A stretch of DNA of 64,000 bases from Gammaproteobacteria bacterium (GTDB taxonomy: Bacteria; Pseudomonadota; Gammaproteobacteria; CBDBBL01), in NCBI GenBank assembly GCA_965203125.1, contig CBDBBL010000018.1:162885-226884 (forward strand), written 5' to 3'. This document shows positions 11,980 through 23,311 of this stretch, piece by piece; the first letter of the stretch is position 1; the number at the start of each line of letters is the position of its first letter. The translations under genes were made by a program, and so were the position numbers. A model generated the notes under the pieces. The model searched no databases. It worked only from the letters and a program-made list of their open reading frames with translations, and was not told the origin of the DNA.

Positions 11980-12244
11980 GTGAAAAATCACTGGAGCGAA
12001 CAGATGGCAATCGACTTTGCAGGAAGACATTATCCAAAAGATATCGTGTTATGTGCAGTGCGTTGGTATTTAGCGTACTCGTTGAGCTACAGAGATGTAG
12101 AAGAACTGCTGTCAGAGCGAGGAGCCGCTCCAGATCACTCAACAATTCAGAGATGGGTAGTGAAGTACGCACCACAATTAGAAGCTGAGTTTCGAAAACG
12201 TAAAAAGCAAGTAGGCAACAGCTGGCGAATGGATGAGACGTACA
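11980..12244 (+). CDS. IS6-family transposase, exon 1 (N-terminal part)
   Basis: Translation FAGRHYPKDIVLCAVRWYLAYSLSYRDVEELLSERGAAPDHSTIQRWVVKYAPQLE...WRMDETY is collinear with the IS26 Tnp N-terminus (GRHFQRDIILWAVRWY...HMDETY); ends at the intron 5' splice site. Confidence 0.8.
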
Positions 12245-14524
12245 GTGCGCCCAGCCTTTGGAGGCATCAAGGAAGAAGCTGCCGAAGCTTGAGCATGTTT
12301 GGAATGCGCTCATCAAACTAAGGAGTAAAAAAAAAATGAGTGCCTGAATCCTGTCATGAGGATTGTGTGAGCCGAAGCGGCGGTGATCTGCTGTGCATTA
12401 GCAGAGTGACGGAGCCCGTGGGAAACGGGATGTGAGGCGAGGTCGTTACGCCAAGATGCATCTCTAGGCTGAGTATTGGAAGGTTGAGGAACACGAACCG
12501 ATTAAATCGTATCTATGGGCTGAAACGTCGCCATCACCTACACGATCTAATAGGTGATATTCAAGCTGGTGAAAGAATAGATGTATGATTCTTTCACCCA
12601 AATTCTAGCATAAATGTAGGATGCTGGAAGGGTATCATGAAGAGAGCATGACTAGCTCATGATGCTTGATACAACTTGCAGAGCGCAAGGTTAAAGAATG
12701 CGATCGGCAACCTAACCAGTACACTTGAGTCCAGCATGTGGAATGGGGAAGGTTTATTGAAATGATAAGGGAATGCGACCCCAATGATCAATAAGCTGGC
12801 GGAGCTTTCGTAGTAGTCTGAGACAGGGAGAACCTGTTACATGGCGAAGGAAGGCAGTTTAAGTGATTTGTTTGGCAGATTACCTGCCTATAAAGAGGTG
12901 AAGACCTATGATAATCAGAGAAATGCAAAACAAATTAGCAAAGTGGTCTTTAGAAAATCGCGAGCGAAAGTTTGATCGATTACTAAGGATGATTGCAAAC
13001 CGGTCATGGTTGCAAGAGGCGGCTCGTGTCACGCTAGCATCATCAGGTGCTAGAACAGCAGGAGTTGATGGAGTAAACAAGCAGGTAATGGAGGGAAACC
13101 TCCTAAAAGAGTTGGCATTGATAAGTTCTGAGCTACTAGCAGGGAGCTATCAACCACAACCAGCCAAGCGAGTTTATATTCCCAAAGCTAACGGCAAACA
13201 AAGACCGCTAGGAATTCCGACATTACGAGACCGAATTGTGCAACGTGCTATGTTGATGGTTATGGACCCTATCTGGGAAAGCGACTTTCATCGCTTGTCT
13301 TATGGGTTTCGACCAGAACGCAGTGTTCATCATGCAGTCCGCACACTGAAAATTCAATTACAAGACGGTGGTTACACCTCAGGACGCTGGGTGATCGAAG
13401 GTGATCTGTCCAGCTATTTTGATACGGTGCATCACCGATTGTTAATGAAGTGTGTAAAAAAACGGATACGTGATCAACGCTTTCTGACATTGCTGTGGCG
13501 ATTCATCAAAGCAGGACATATCGACAAGGGTCTATTTAACGCAGCTAGTCGAGGGGTTCCCCAAGGCGGAGTAATCTCGCCATTATTATCCAATTTAATG
13601 CTCAATGAATTTGATCAATGGTTGGATAAAAGGAACTTGTCTAAAAAAGCACGCAAAGACCGTTGGTATTGGAATGATAGTATTAAACGGCAGCGCAACA
13701 TTGCTATCCAAAAAGGACGACAGTGGAAGCCTGCCGTTGCTTACTGTCGCTATGCAGATGATTTTGTTATAGTTGTAAAAGGAAGTAAAGCACATGCTGA
13801 GGATATTCGTAAAATGTGTCAGCAGTTTTTAGAAAGAGATCTCAAACTAACATTAAATATGGATAAAACTCATATTACACATGTTAATGATGGGTTCACT
13901 TTTCTAGGTCACCGCCTGATACGTAAGCGAGGATCCGAAGGAAGAATGCGGACTGTAACAACGATTCCTCAATGTAAGTCTAAAGCATTTGCGTTAAGCG
14001 TGAGCAAAGAGCTTACAAGTAATCATAGCGTGAATAAAACTGCCATGATAGAGAAGCTCAATCGCAAAATTATTGGTTGGGCAAATTTTTACCAACACAC
14101 TGATTTCACAGCTATTGTGTACCAGAAAATTGACAGAATAATATTCTGGAAACTAGCGCACTGGCTAGCTCGGAAATACCGAACTAGTGTCAAGTCGCTA
14201 ATGCGCAAATGGGTGAATCGACCGGAAGAAAGCAAAGCAAAAACTTGGCAGCTGTCTGGTCACAGTGAAAATGGAAAATATATCAAAGTGTCGTTACGAC
14301 GATTGGTAACCAGTCGTAAAATGACATTTCGCTGGCGTAATCCTGAAAGCAACCCGTATTTGATACGGGAAGAAGTCAGGAGCACAGTTACATCACGCTA
14401 TCATGAAATTGCAATGGCGATGCGTCACACTTAAATGGAGAGCCGTATGCGCTGAGAGGTGCACGTACGGTTCGGTGAGGAGAGATAGGGAAATAGTTCG
14501 ACTACGCCCTATCTCTTACTCTAC
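12245..14524 (+). mobile_element. Group II intron (ribozyme plus intron-encoded protein)
   Basis: 5' end GTGCG at 12245; near the 3' end a domain V-like hairpin GAGCCGTATGCG...CGTACGGTTCGG (about 14446-14476) followed by a domain VI-like hairpin; RT/maturase ORF inside. Joining 12244 to 14525 restores an uninterrupted IS26-like reading frame (MDETY-IKARGKWTYLYRAVD). Confidence 0.8.
12908..14434 (+). CDS. Group II intron reverse transcriptase/maturase (intron-encoded protein)
   Basis: 508 aa; RT domains with RPLGIPTLRDRIVQ, FDTVHH, YCRYADDFVIVV (YADD active site), and maturase X domain (IIGWANFYQH). No obvious HNH endonuclease motif at the C-terminus. Confidence 0.9.
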   Translation: MIIREMQNKLAKWSLENRERKFDRLLRMIANRSWLQEAARVTLASSGARTAGVDGVNKQVMEGNLLKELALISSELLAGSYQPQPAKRVYIPKANGKQRPLGIPTLRDRIVQRAMLMVMDPIWESDFHRLSYGFRPERSVHHAVRTLKIQLQDGGYTSGRWVIEGDLSSYFDTVHHRLLMKCVKKRIRDQRFLTLLWRFIKAGHIDKGLFNAASRGVPQGGVISPLLSNLMLNEFDQWLDKRNLSKKARKDRWYWNDSIKRQRNIAIQKGRQWKPAVAYCRYADDFVIVVKGSKAHAEDIRKMCQQFLERDLKLTLNMDKTHITHVNDGFTFLGHRLIRKRGSEGRMRTVTTIPQCKSKAFALSVSKELTSNHSVNKTAMIEKLNRKIIGWANFYQHTDFTAIVYQKIDRIIFWKLAHWLARKYRTSVKSLMRKWVNRPEESKAKTWQLSGHSENGKYIKVSLRRLVTSRKMTFRWRNPESNPYLIREEVRSTVTSRYHEIAMAMRHT

Positions 14525-14976
14525 TCAAGGCACGTGGAAAATGGACTTATTTGTATCGAGCTGTTGATAAGTCAGGTAAGACAATTGACTTTATGCTCAG
14601 TGAAAAACGAGATAAAGAAGCAGTACTAAAGTTCTTCAAAAAAGCGATCAATTCACATGGAAGTCCTGAGACAGTGAACATTGATAAGAGTGGTTCCAAC
14701 ACCTCAGCACTGAATCATATCAATGCACTATATTGGGTTGCTGGCTTATGGATGCTAGTGATTAATATTAGGCAGAATAAGTATCTCAATATTATTGTAG
14801 AGCAAGACCACCGAGGAATTAAGCGAGTTTTGAAAACTTCCACTTGGTTCAAATCATTTTCAAATGCTGCCGATACTTTGGCAGGAATTGAACTTCACCG
14901 TATGCTTAAAAAAGGCCAGATGAAAAACTCTGATGGAATGACTGTTTGGGAGCAATTTTATTCGCTTGCAGCATAA
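14525..14976 (+). CDS. IS6-family transposase, exon 2 (C-terminal DDE part)
   Basis: Translation ...GKWTYLYRAVDKSGKTIDFMLSEKRDKEAVLKFF...VNIDKSG...IEQDHRGIKRV...GIELHRMLKKGQ matches the IS26 Tnp C-terminal catalytic region (YLYRAVD...INTDKAP...ECDHGKLKR...GIEVMRALRKGQ). Confidence 0.8.
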
Positions 14977-15436
14977 TTGCGTCCTCGATATAGTTACCTC
15001 TTCACCTCAGTGTCTTTTTGCGACAGAACCTAATATAGCCTGTGGTGCATTAGTGGATCTATACATATTATCTAGTGTGTCCCTAAAATCGATAAACATC
15101 AACTTCCTTTCTGACCAAGATATTGAAAATGAAATTGCGAAGCTTAAAACATTACAGGACAAAAGTGTAGTGTTCAGTCAGTTACTGAGCATGTGCGGAG
15201 TAATTTTATATAAATTAAAAGAACTTAGTGATGATACAGCTCTGGGTGTAGTAGAAAAAAATATTCACTTCCTTCTATCTGTGATTGAAGGGCTAAATCA
15301 TATCGTTAGCACCTCTCAACGTGATGATATAGTTATGAAATGCAGACAACGTGTTTTATTGTTATCCAATGCTGGTATGAAATTGAAAAGTTACTACCTA
15401 CCAACTTCTAGCGTTGGCTTTGCACCATTAGCATAG
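14966..15436 (+). CDS. Hypothetical protein (5' end overlaps the IS6 right end; possibly truncated by the insertion)
   Basis: 156-aa ORF, no recognisable motif; its first 22 codons lie inside the IS. Confidence 0.2.
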   Translation: MQHNCVLDIVTSSPQCLFATEPNIACGALVDLYILSSVSLKSININFLSDQDIENEIAKLKTLQDKSVVFSQLLSMCGVILYKLKELSDDTALGVVEKNIHFLLSVIEGLNHIVSTSQRDDIVMKCRQRVLLLSNAGMKLKSYYLPTSSVGFAPLA

Positions 15437-15586
15437 CTAGGAAGAACAAATAGCTATGCCATATAATACAGATCAAAACCAAAATGTTGTAAGTACCATG
15501 ACTGGCAGGCATTACAAATGTTCGCTTTAAGGTCTGAAAAACGGATTATATTCGCTTTCACTTTTAAAAGCGAACTTTTGAGACCA

Positions 15587-16681
15587 CTATAATTGCAACT
15601 GGGTGAGTTGATCTATTTGATGCTCTCGTGCCAGTGCTTTGAGCAACTCAGTGATATTACCCTCGATCATTTCTGGTAGCTTATACAGCGTGAGGTTAAT
15701 ACGGTGGTCCGTTACTCGACCTTGAGGATAGTTATAGGTGCGAATTCGCTCGGAACGATCACCACTACCGACTAAGCTCCGTCTTGTGTCTGCTTGTGAT
15801 TGCTGTTGTTTGTTCTGTTCTGCCGCGAGTATTTTTGCATTGAGTAGTGACATCGCTTTGGCTTTATTTTTATGTTGTGATCTTTCGTCTTGGCATTCTG
15901 CAACGACTCCAGTAGGGATATGCGTAATGCGTACAGCAGAGTCAGTTGTATTGACATGCTGTCCACCAGCGCCTGATGCTCGATAAGTATCAATACGCAA
16001 ATCTTCATTTTTTAACTCAATCGCTTCAACCGCTTTCACTTCTGGCATGATTGCCACGGTACATGCCGAGGTGTGCACTCTGCCTTGGGATTCTGTTTCT
16101 GGTACACGCTGTACACGATGTGCGCCTGATTCAAATTTCAATTGTGCATAGACCTTATCACCACTGATTTGGCTGATGATTTCTTTGTAGCCACCGTGAT
16201 CACCTTCGCTTGCGCTGACAACGTCAAGCTGCCAACGCTGTCTTTCGGCATATTTGCTATACATGCGAAATAAATCACCAACGAAGATAGCAGCTTCGTC
16301 ACCGCCTGTTCCTGCGCGAATCTCAAGAAAAATATTACATTCATCGTTAGGATCTTGAGGAAGTAAGAGGCGTTGCAATTCAGTGTTTAGATCATTTTGT
16401 TGAGACTGTAATTGTAGAAGCTCTTCCTTTGCCAGTGCTTTCATCTCCACATCATCACTGGTATCAATGTCACTTAGCATTTCTTCAGTGGAGGCAATTT
16501 CCTCACAGGTTTGTTGATAGTGTGAAAAGCAAGTGACAATAGGTTCTAAGTTTGCATACTCTTTGGATAGTTCACGGAAACGGTTCTGGTCACTCATGAT
16601 TTCTGGTTGGCTCAGTAGGCCGCTGATTTCTTCATGGCGATGTTGAAACTGCTGTAGCTTAAGTTCGATTTTAGGTGTCAT
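15587..16681 (-). CDS. prfA: Peptide chain release factor 1
   Basis: 364 aa; GGQ motif ([25 protein letters not shown]) and RF1-type PxT-region architecture; prfA-hemA adjacency conserved. Confidence 0.95.
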   Translation of the reverse strand: MTPKIELKLQQFQHRHEEISGLLSQPEIMSDQNRFRELSKEYANLEPIVTCFSHYQQTCEEIASTEEMLSDIDTSDDVEMKALAKEELLQLQSQQNDLNTELQRLLLPQDPNDECNIFLEIRAGTGGDEAAIFVGDLFRMYSKYAERQRWQLDVVSASEGDHGGYKEIISQISGDKVYAQLKFESGAHRVQRVPETESQGRVHTSACTVAIMPEVKAVEAIELKNEDLRIDTYRASGAGGQHVNTTDSAVRITHIPTGVVAECQDERSQHKNKAKAMSLLNAKILAAEQNKQQQSQADTRRSLVGSGDRSERIRTYNYPQGRVTDHRINLTLYKLPEMIEGNITELLKALAREHQIDQLTQLQL

Positions 16682-17987
16682 GAGCGTCTAATCCCAATAA
16701 TTGTTTCGCGTTTTGTAATAATTGAGCATCGCCAATTTTTGCTGCTTCTTTGAGTGCCAGCGTGGGTGCGTGCAATATTTTGTTTGATAATTGAGTCGAT
16801 AAGTGTTGTATTATGTGAGCTGGATCTGTGCCTTTTTTGAGTGAGCATTGGGCCTTGTTCAAACAATGATTTGCTAATTGACGGACTTGTTGTCGGTAGG
16901 CTTTAATAGTGTCAACAGCATCTAGTGTGCGCAGTTGCATCATATACTGTGTGGCTTCTGCGGCAATCATGCCTTCGGCTTGTTTGGCTGCTCCCGAGCG
17001 ATGTTGTTGTGTTTTTTGGACAATGGCACGTAGGTCGTCGATATTATATAAACTCACATGGTCAATTTCGGTTACTTCAGGTTCAATATCTCGTGGAACA
17101 GCTAAATCAAACAGCATGAGGGGGTGTTGCTTGTCCCGCTGTAGCATGATGCGCTCTAATAACCCTTTACCAAGTAAGGGAAGTTGACTGGCGGTTGCGG
17201 AGCAGACAATGTCGATGACTGGTAATGTGATTGGGATTTCAGCAATTTGAATGGCCTTGGCTTGAATTTCTGCCACTGGTTTTGATTTTGCTTGTGTTGG
17301 ATGCTGAATGGTTTGAGAGAGTTGTTGGGCTTTCTCCAGTGTGCGATTTGCAATGGTGAATTTTCTGATGCCTAGTTTTTTTAAATGGAAGGCGCAAAGC
17401 TCTATGGTATCACCAGCACCAATGAGTAGTGCATGTTTGTTGGCGAGTTGTTTTTCTGTGAGAGGTCCAAATAATTGTTTTGCTTGTAAACTTGCACAAT
17501 AAGCAATCGACATGGGGCAGCGGCTAATATCTGTCTGAGTTCTCACATGTTTGCTGACATTAAAAACAGTTTGCATTAATTGATTAAAGCGTTTTCCAAT
17601 GAGTCCATGTTTTTTTGCCAGTTGTACAGCAGATTTAACTTGCCCAAATATTTGTGGTTCTCCTAATACCATGGAGTCTAAGCCACAAGCAACACGCATG
17701 AGGTGTTCAATAGCAGCTTGATCGCGATGAACATAACTATGAGTAGTTAATAGGCTGGGGTCAAGTTGATGTGTTTTGGCAAGCCATGCAAAGGCAGCCT
17801 CTGGTTCAATGTTGGTGCTATAGAGTTCGGTGCGGTTACAAGTGGATATTAAGACTGCTTCGTTACTTGCGTGAGTTGTTTTGATGGACTCGAGTATAGA
17901 GATCGTGTTGGCCTCATTCATTGAGACTTGCTCCCTTAACTCGATGGGTGCGGTGTTATGATTGATGCCGATGGTGATTAAGTTCAT
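16671..17987 (-). CDS. hemA: Glutamyl-tRNA reductase HemA
   Basis: 438 aa; N-terminal catalytic domain ([11 protein letters not shown]), NADPH-binding GAGDTIE motif. Confidence 0.9.
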   Translation of the reverse strand: MNLITIGINHNTAPIELREQVSMNEANTISILESIKTTHASNEAVLISTCNRTELYSTNIEPEAAFAWLAKTHQLDPSLLTTHSYVHRDQAAIEHLMRVACGLDSMVLGEPQIFGQVKSAVQLAKKHGLIGKRFNQLMQTVFNVSKHVRTQTDISRCPMSIAYCASLQAKQLFGPLTEKQLANKHALLIGAGDTIELCAFHLKKLGIRKFTIANRTLEKAQQLSQTIQHPTQAKSKPVAEIQAKAIQIAEIPITLPVIDIVCSATASQLPLLGKGLLERIMLQRDKQHPLMLFDLAVPRDIEPEVTEIDHVSLYNIDDLRAIVQKTQQHRSGAAKQAEGMIAAEATQYMMQLRTLDAVDTIKAYRQQVRQLANHCLNKAQCSLKKGTDPAHIIQHLSTQLSNKILHAPTLALKEAAKIGDAQLLQNAKQLLGLDAHDT

Positions 17988-19873
17988 GTGGGCGCCTGAT
18001 TTTTTCCACTTTGCTTCTTCAGGTAAATCAATAGTAGTGATATTGCCGCAGGCGTCATGCCGGCGATCTGTTTTGCTTGTGCGATGGTTTCTGGCTTCGT
18101 TGTTGTTAATTTCTGCCGCAATTCATTGGAGAGTCCTTTCACTTGGTCATAATTGATGTCTTTAGGCAACTTGAGGGTATGATAGCGCTGCTGTTTGTCG
18201 ATTTCCTCTTGTTGGCGTGCGATGTAGCCTGCATATTTGATTTGAGTTTCAATTTGCTCAATGACGATTGCATCATCTGACATCGTTGCATCTAACAATG
18301 TTGCTAGATTGCTGAGCTTCAGTTCTGGACGACGCAATAGCTCATTGGCAAAGATGGGTTTGGTCAGGGCTTGCCCTAATAGTGGTGTTAGCGCAGCTGC
18401 TAACGGTGAGTCGGGTTGAATGCAATATGCTTTGAGTGTTTCCATGCCGCTTGTGATGGCAGTTTGTTTTTTACAAAAACAACCCCAACGTTGTTGATCA
18501 ATCAGTCCCATTTCGTGAGCAACGGGTGTGAGTCGTTGATCGGCATTATCCTCGCGAAGGAGTAAGCGATATTCTGCTCGAGAGGTAAACATGCGGTAAG
18601 GTTCTTGAGTGCCATTGGTGATTAAGTCATTAATGAGTACACCGATATAAGCTTGATCACGACGAGGAGACCAAGCTGTTTTCTTCTGCACACGATGTGC
18701 TGCATTAATGCCAGCAATGATTCCTTGTGCTGCTGCTTCTTCATAACCTGTTGTACCGTTAATTTGTCCAGCAAAGAACAATCCATCGATGATTTTGGTC
18801 TCTAGACTTTCAGTCAGGTCTCTAGGGTCAAAATAATCATACTCAATGGCGTATCCAGGGCGTGTAATCCAGGCATTTTCAAACCCTTTAATCGATTGTA
18901 CAAACTGTTGTTGTACGTTTAAAGGTAGGCTGGTTGAAATACCATTAGGGTAAATTTCAAAGCGATCTAACCCTTCAGGTTCAATAAAGATCTGGTGTTG
19001 ATCTTTATCTGCAAAGCGATGAATTTTATCTTCAATGGATGGACAGTATCTCGGACCAACCCCTTCGATGTCACCGCTAAACATGGGAGACTGATGCAAA
19101 TTATCAGCAATAATTTGATGAGTGGTTGGGTTGGTATAAGTGATATGACAGTTGACTTGTTGTGGATGATCAGTTGCTTTTCCCATGAAGGAAAACACAG
19201 GGATTGGTTGATCGCCTGACTGTGCTTCTAACGATTGATAGTTAATACTTCTGCTATCAATACGTGGTGGTGTGCCTGTTTTTAAGCGATCGACACGAAA
19301 TGGTAATGCACGCATGCGTTGTGCTAGGGCAATGGCTGGTGGATCTCCAGAACGCCCGCCTGCGCTTTGTTTAAGACCAGTGTGAATACAGCCCCCTAAA
19401 AAAGTACCCACTGTCAGCACAACGCTTGAGGCAGAAAAGGTGATGCCTGTTTGAGTCACAATGCCTGTGACTGTATTTTTTTTGATGTTAATGTCATCAA
19501 CGGCGGCTTGAAAAATCGTTAAATTGGTTTGCTGTTCTAATAGGCGTCGAATGGCACTTTTGTATAAAGATCGATCAGCTTGTGCGCGTGTGGCACGAAC
19601 GGCGGGACCTTTGCGTGCATTGAGTGTTCTGAACTGAATCCCTGCTTGATCAATGGCTTGAGCCATCAGTCCACCGAGCGCATCGACCTCTTTAACTAAG
19701 TGTCCTTTGCCGATCCCGCCAATGGCTGGATTACATGACATCTGTCCGAGCGTGTCAATATTATGGGTGATTAATAGTGTATTAGCACCGATGCGTGCTG
19801 AAGCTGCTGCCGCCTCAATACCAGCATGTCCTCCACCAACAACGATGACGTCAAATTGTGTTTTTTTACGCAT
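17984..19873 (-). CDS. mnmG: tRNA uridine 5-carboxymethylaminomethyl modification enzyme MnmG (GidA)
   Basis: 629 aa; FAD-binding N-terminus [15 protein letters not shown], conserved [18 protein letters not shown] segment. Confidence 0.95.
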   Translation of the reverse strand: MRKKTQFDVIVVGGGHAGIEAAAASARIGANTLLITHNIDTLGQMSCNPAIGGIGKGHLVKEVDALGGLMAQAIDQAGIQFRTLNARKGPAVRATRAQADRSLYKSAIRRLLEQQTNLTIFQAAVDDINIKKNTVTGIVTQTGITFSASSVVLTVGTFLGGCIHTGLKQSAGGRSGDPPAIALAQRMRALPFRVDRLKTGTPPRIDSRSINYQSLEAQSGDQPIPVFSFMGKATDHPQQVNCHITYTNPTTHQIIADNLHQSPMFSGDIEGVGPRYCPSIEDKIHRFADKDQHQIFIEPEGLDRFEIYPNGISTSLPLNVQQQFVQSIKGFENAWITRPGYAIEYDYFDPRDLTESLETKIIDGLFFAGQINGTTGYEEAAAQGIIAGINAAHRVQKKTAWSPRRDQAYIGVLINDLITNGTQEPYRMFTSRAEYRLLLREDNADQRLTPVAHEMGLIDQQRWGCFCKKQTAITSGMETLKAYCIQPDSPLAAALTPLLGQALTKPIFANELLRRPELKLSNLATLLDATMSDDAIVIEQIETQIKYAGYIARQQEEIDKQQRYHTLKLPKDINYDQVKGLSNELRQKLTTTKPETIAQAKQIAGMTPAAISLLLIYLKKQSGKNQAPT

Positions 19874-19928
19874 TGATGTTATTATAAACGAGTATTGGGC
19901 TTTTTTGAATAGAATTGGAGGGGGTATT

Positions 19929-20267
19929 ATGAGGATCGGAAGAAAGGATTTGCTGAGTTTGAGGGGTCAAGCGCAGGATATGTTAGATTTAATCAATTAT
20001 GGGCAGGCTGGGTGCCAACCTCAAAATCATTTGCTAGGGTTAATATACGAATTGCGGCAATTTATTGATGTGGTTAATCATGTTGCGGCTCATATTTTAA
20101 GTATGAGGGAAGAAGTTTATCGTGAGATTGTAGATGGTTTTTCGAGCTCTTATCAAGGTTTTGGGTTATATGGTTCGCAGATGACAGGAGTTTTGAAAGA
20201 AAAAATGAGGTTATTTGTTGGAAGGTGTCAGCAAGTGTTTAATATACCATGCGCGATTACATTCTAA
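19929..20267 (+). CDS. Hypothetical small protein between mnmG and the T6SS genes
   Basis: 113-aa ORF starting MRIGRKDLL; no recognisable motif. Confidence 0.25.
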   Translation: MRIGRKDLLSLRGQAQDMLDLINYGQAGCQPQNHLLGLIYELRQFIDVVNHVAAHILSMREEVYREIVDGFSSSYQGFGLYGSQMTGVLKEKMRLFVGRCQQVFNIPCAITF

Positions 20268-20274
20268 TTATAAG

Positions 20275-21372
20275 TTACTCAACAGATAAAACAATCGGTT
20301 CTAAGGTTGCCGCGGTCTTATCAGTTGTAGCTGTATGCGTATTCCAGCCTAGGCGAGCTGGGTTGTCACTATTTAAATATAAATCATGTGTACTTGCGTA
20401 AGCTTTGATTAGCTCAATGTCAAAACTTAGTTGAGGGCTGATGTAGTGTTTGGTGAGCTCAACCAATGCAGTATAACCTCTCCCTGTGGGTAAGAATTGT
20501 AATAGCCAGTCATCATCCAGTGGCGAAATACGAATGCGGAAATGACTTTGACATTCGGTGTAACTTTCTCCAAGCATGGTATCGACGCCTAGCTGATTGA
20601 ATTGGGCGTTGATATCTGATGTGCTGGGCAGTTTGAGCTGTTGTGTTGTAGGTAAGTTGAGTTGCTTCTCTTGCAGTTCTAGAATTTGAATGCTGATATG
20701 GGAGTGATTGCTGAAGAAGTAATCAGTGAGTAAATCTTGTAACCCTTGTGCAGAATGGATTTCGCTGCTCAGTAAGAAATCGTAGTATAAAAAGGTGTCG
20801 GGGTGGACGATTTTGTCGGGTGATGGCGTTTGCTCATTTTGTGACGTTGTTGTGCCAATTAAACTCTGTAGGGCTACTGTGAACGCATCTGCTTCTAGGG
20901 TGTTAGATTGGCGCCTGGTGGTTTCATAATCGAGAAATACGCGATATTTGCGTTGCGCCAAATGGTAAAAAGAGATGGCGCGATGATTGAATAAATCATA
21001 GAAATTCCTGAGCGCAAACTCATTATAGTGTATGGCAAATAAGAGTTCTTCAGTAGCGTAAATGGGTAGGCTACCATTGACACCTGTTAGCCCCATAAAA
21101 CTTACTTGCATGACATCGGGTCGATTGGCCTGTCGTTTCCTGAGTTTGACAATATCTGTGGGAATACGGGTTAAATTGTTCTCACTGATGAAGTTAAGTT
21201 GTTCTTGTTCGGGTAAGAAATCTCGTCCATTCACTTTCTTTGCAAGCTCAGGGTGTTGTTGTGCTAGATAGAAATGTTGCCAGTCGATTAAACGGATTGC
21301 TTGCAGTAACGAAAATTGTGCAGGCGTTTCGTAGAGTCGGGCTAAAACATGATGATGAGGGAGTTGGGTCAT
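20275..21372 (-). CDS. tssG: Type VI secretion baseplate protein TssG-like
   Basis: 365 aa; N-terminal FSLLQAIRLID resembles the TssG (ImpH/VasB) FxFFQAVRLLE signature; 4-nt overlap with upstream tssF as usual for tssF-tssG. Confidence 0.7.
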   Translation of the reverse strand: MTQLPHHHVLARLYETPAQFSLLQAIRLIDWQHFYLAQQHPELAKKVNGRDFLPEQEQLNFISENNLTRIPTDIVKLRKRQANRPDVMQVSFMGLTGVNGSLPIYATEELLFAIHYNEFALRNFYDLFNHRAISFYHLAQRKYRVFLDYETTRRQSNTLEADAFTVALQSLIGTTTSQNEQTPSPDKIVHPDTFLYYDFLLSSEIHSAQGLQDLLTDYFFSNHSHISIQILELQEKQLNLPTTQQLKLPSTSDINAQFNQLGVDTMLGESYTECQSHFRIRISPLDDDWLLQFLPTGRGYTALVELTKHYISPQLSFDIELIKAYASTHDLYLNSDNPARLGWNTHTATTDKTAATLEPIVLSVE

Positions 21373-23213
21373 AATAATGCTTTACTGCCTAGCCTAGGTG
21401 CCCACTGATACAGTATTTTTCTCTTACCGCGATTTTTAACGGTTAACTGTGTAAAGGAGTTGAGAGTCACAGAAAGTGAGAAAAGTCGTTCTAATACGCT
21501 AGCAATGAGGTATGCAGATTGACCAACGAGTCGCTCTTCATCGAGCTCTAGTATGACTTCAACGCCTTGGCAGAAACTGGTAGTGCCAGCGGTGTTGTTT
21601 GGGTTTCTAGCAACTGTTTGGCGGCTGTCAATGCTGATGAGAGCGTGAGATAGACTTTCTAATAGCGTATTGCTTGGGTGACTGAAGAGGGAGAAAAATG
21701 CTTTTAGCTGTTCAATATCATGGTTGATCAAGAGGCTGTTAAAATTGATTCGTAGCAGTGCAATCGTTGACCATAGACTATTTTGATGGGCGTTGAGTCG
21801 CAAGGTTCTGGTTGGCTTGGTTAGGCACTGAATGTTCACTGACTGCTTGCCTTCACTGAGTTTAAGTCTTGGTTCTGAGCCACCAAAAGGAAGTTGATTG
21901 ACTAAGTCTCGATTGGTGCATAAAGCAGTGGCGGATAGTACGTGAGTTTCTTTATTAGCCAAGTCAAGTTGTGTGTCGACTAATGCAATAGAAACATTGG
22001 AACCGTGATCAATTTCTCCGTCAATGGGTTCTCCTTGTTGGCGATGTGTTTGGTAGAATCGAGTGTTGTCATTGGCTAGATGTTGGAATTTCTGTGCATA
22101 TAGTGGCAACGCTTCTTTGCTTTCGCCTTGTGAGTTCGTAATCTCGACTTGAGTGAGCTGGTGGATTTCTTTGTGAGTTGGATTGTCATGATCTGGGGTG
22201 AGTGGGTAGTCGGGTGTTTGATGTGTGATTGTGATGGGTGTTAAGCGATGCGAGAAAAGATTGATCATGGGGGCGCAGTTTAACGCAAAGTTTTCTTTGC
22301 TAAGATATTGCTCAAGTTCGCTATGTGCCTTTTGGAAATAAAAATGCAGGCAAAATTCATTACTGGAAGATGCTTGATTGAATATTTTGTCTGAGATACT
22401 TTCAGGTAGTGTGATATCTAAGAAGAGAAATTTTTCAGGAAATGTCAGTAGTTCGGTAAGTAGTGTGTGTGCTGCGGGGGTTCGTTTATCATGAGGCAGT
22501 AATAGCGTCTCGTGATCGAGACCGGCTGCTTGCAAATGAGATAGTGTCAGTGGTTCAACTTGTGTTTGTCGCTTATTGCTAATGGCAATCTGCACAGTAT
22601 CCGTTAGTAATGTTTCATAGAGCCGATAGACAAGACTTACTTGACCTTTTAGATGGATTCGTAAGCGAGTGAGCGGTAATGTTTCGAGTTTGATATTGTG
22701 TGAAGTGGCTTGGATTGTGAGGGATAATGTGCTGTTTGCTTGTGTGTAGTTGCCAATCATCGGGGTATGCTGATTGTGTGGAGAGAATAATGCTTGGGAA
22801 ATTGTGAAAGGAATGATGGGTGTATCGAACCCTAATTGAAATCGACAAGGACTGCCATTAACAGGGCGAGATTCAATTTCACTTCCTTTTTTAAGTTGCA
22901 GAACGGTCGTCACGCTAGGCGACGGGTTAAATTGAATGATTGCCATCGGTGGGATCGGGCTGTTAAATTGTGGTGCGAGTGTATTGAGCAAGCTTTCTGC
23001 GACTAGGGGGAATTGATCTTCTAGCACTTCGCGTGTTTTACTATTCATCAGTGCAACGGCTTCAATCAGGCGAGAAATATCTGGGTTCTCAACTTTGTCC
23101 GGAGTCATGTTGAGGTGCCCAGCAAGTTTTGGGTAGGCTTTGGCGAAGCTACTTGCTTGGTGGCGAATGTAGCTCAGTTCTTTGTTGAATAACTTTAATA
23201 ATTGATCGCTCAT
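21369..23213 (-). CDS. tssF: Type VI secretion baseplate protein TssF
   Basis: 614 aa; N-terminus LLKLFNKELSYIRHQASSFAKAYPKLAGHLNM...DISRLIEAVALM matches the TssF (ImpG/VasA) pattern LLxYYxxELxYLRxxGxEFAxxYPKIAxRL...DPxVERLLEGFAFL. Confidence 0.8.
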   Translation of the reverse strand: MSDQLLKLFNKELSYIRHQASSFAKAYPKLAGHLNMTPDKVENPDISRLIEAVALMNSKTREVLEDQFPLVAESLLNTLAPQFNSPIPPMAIIQFNPSPSVTTVLQLKKGSEIESRPVNGSPCRFQLGFDTPIIPFTISQALFSPHNQHTPMIGNYTQANSTLSLTIQATSHNIKLETLPLTRLRIHLKGQVSLVYRLYETLLTDTVQIAISNKRQTQVEPLTLSHLQAAGLDHETLLLPHDKRTPAAHTLLTELLTFPEKFLFLDITLPESISDKIFNQASSSNEFCLHFYFQKAHSELEQYLSKENFALNCAPMINLFSHRLTPITITHQTPDYPLTPDHDNPTHKEIHQLTQVEITNSQGESKEALPLYAQKFQHLANDNTRFYQTHRQQGEPIDGEIDHGSNVSIALVDTQLDLANKETHVLSATALCTNRDLVNQLPFGGSEPRLKLSEGKQSVNIQCLTKPTRTLRLNAHQNSLWSTIALLRINFNSLLINHDIEQLKAFFSLFSHPSNTLLESLSHALISIDSRQTVARNPNNTAGTTSFCQGVEVILELDEERLVGQSAYLIASVLERLFSLSVTLNSFTQLTVKNRGKRKILYQWAPRLGSKALL

Positions 23214-23311
23214 GGTTTGGTATTATATACCTAGCATACGTGAAGACACCAGCTCGATAATTCATTAATTATATGCTATATTTTGCAAGTTGTTTGATTG
23301 GAAGGTTTGTG

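Larger units (their letters stand above)
11943..15029 (+). mobile_element. IS6-family (IS26-like) element carrying a group II intron inside its transposase gene
   Basis: 14-bp terminal inverted repeats GGTTCTGTCGCAAA (11943-11956) and its reverse complement (15016-15029). Length without the intron is about 807 bp, matching IS26-size elements. Confidence 0.8.

Noticed and set aside
11918-12316. 132-aa minus-strand ORF
   Set aside because: Antisense to IS6 transposase exon 1 and the intron 5' end; the plus-strand frame has clear IS26 transposase homology.
16909-17353. ORFs 16909-17187, 16925-17119 (plus) and 17156-17353 (minus)
   Set aside because: Lie within hemA in alternate or antisense frames; Cys/Ser-rich low-complexity translations.
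19707-19928. 5' part of the 186-aa plus-strand ORF 19707-20267
   Set aside because: Overlaps the mnmG 5' coding region on the opposite strand; only the portion from the internal Met at 19929 is kept as a low-confidence hypothetical.
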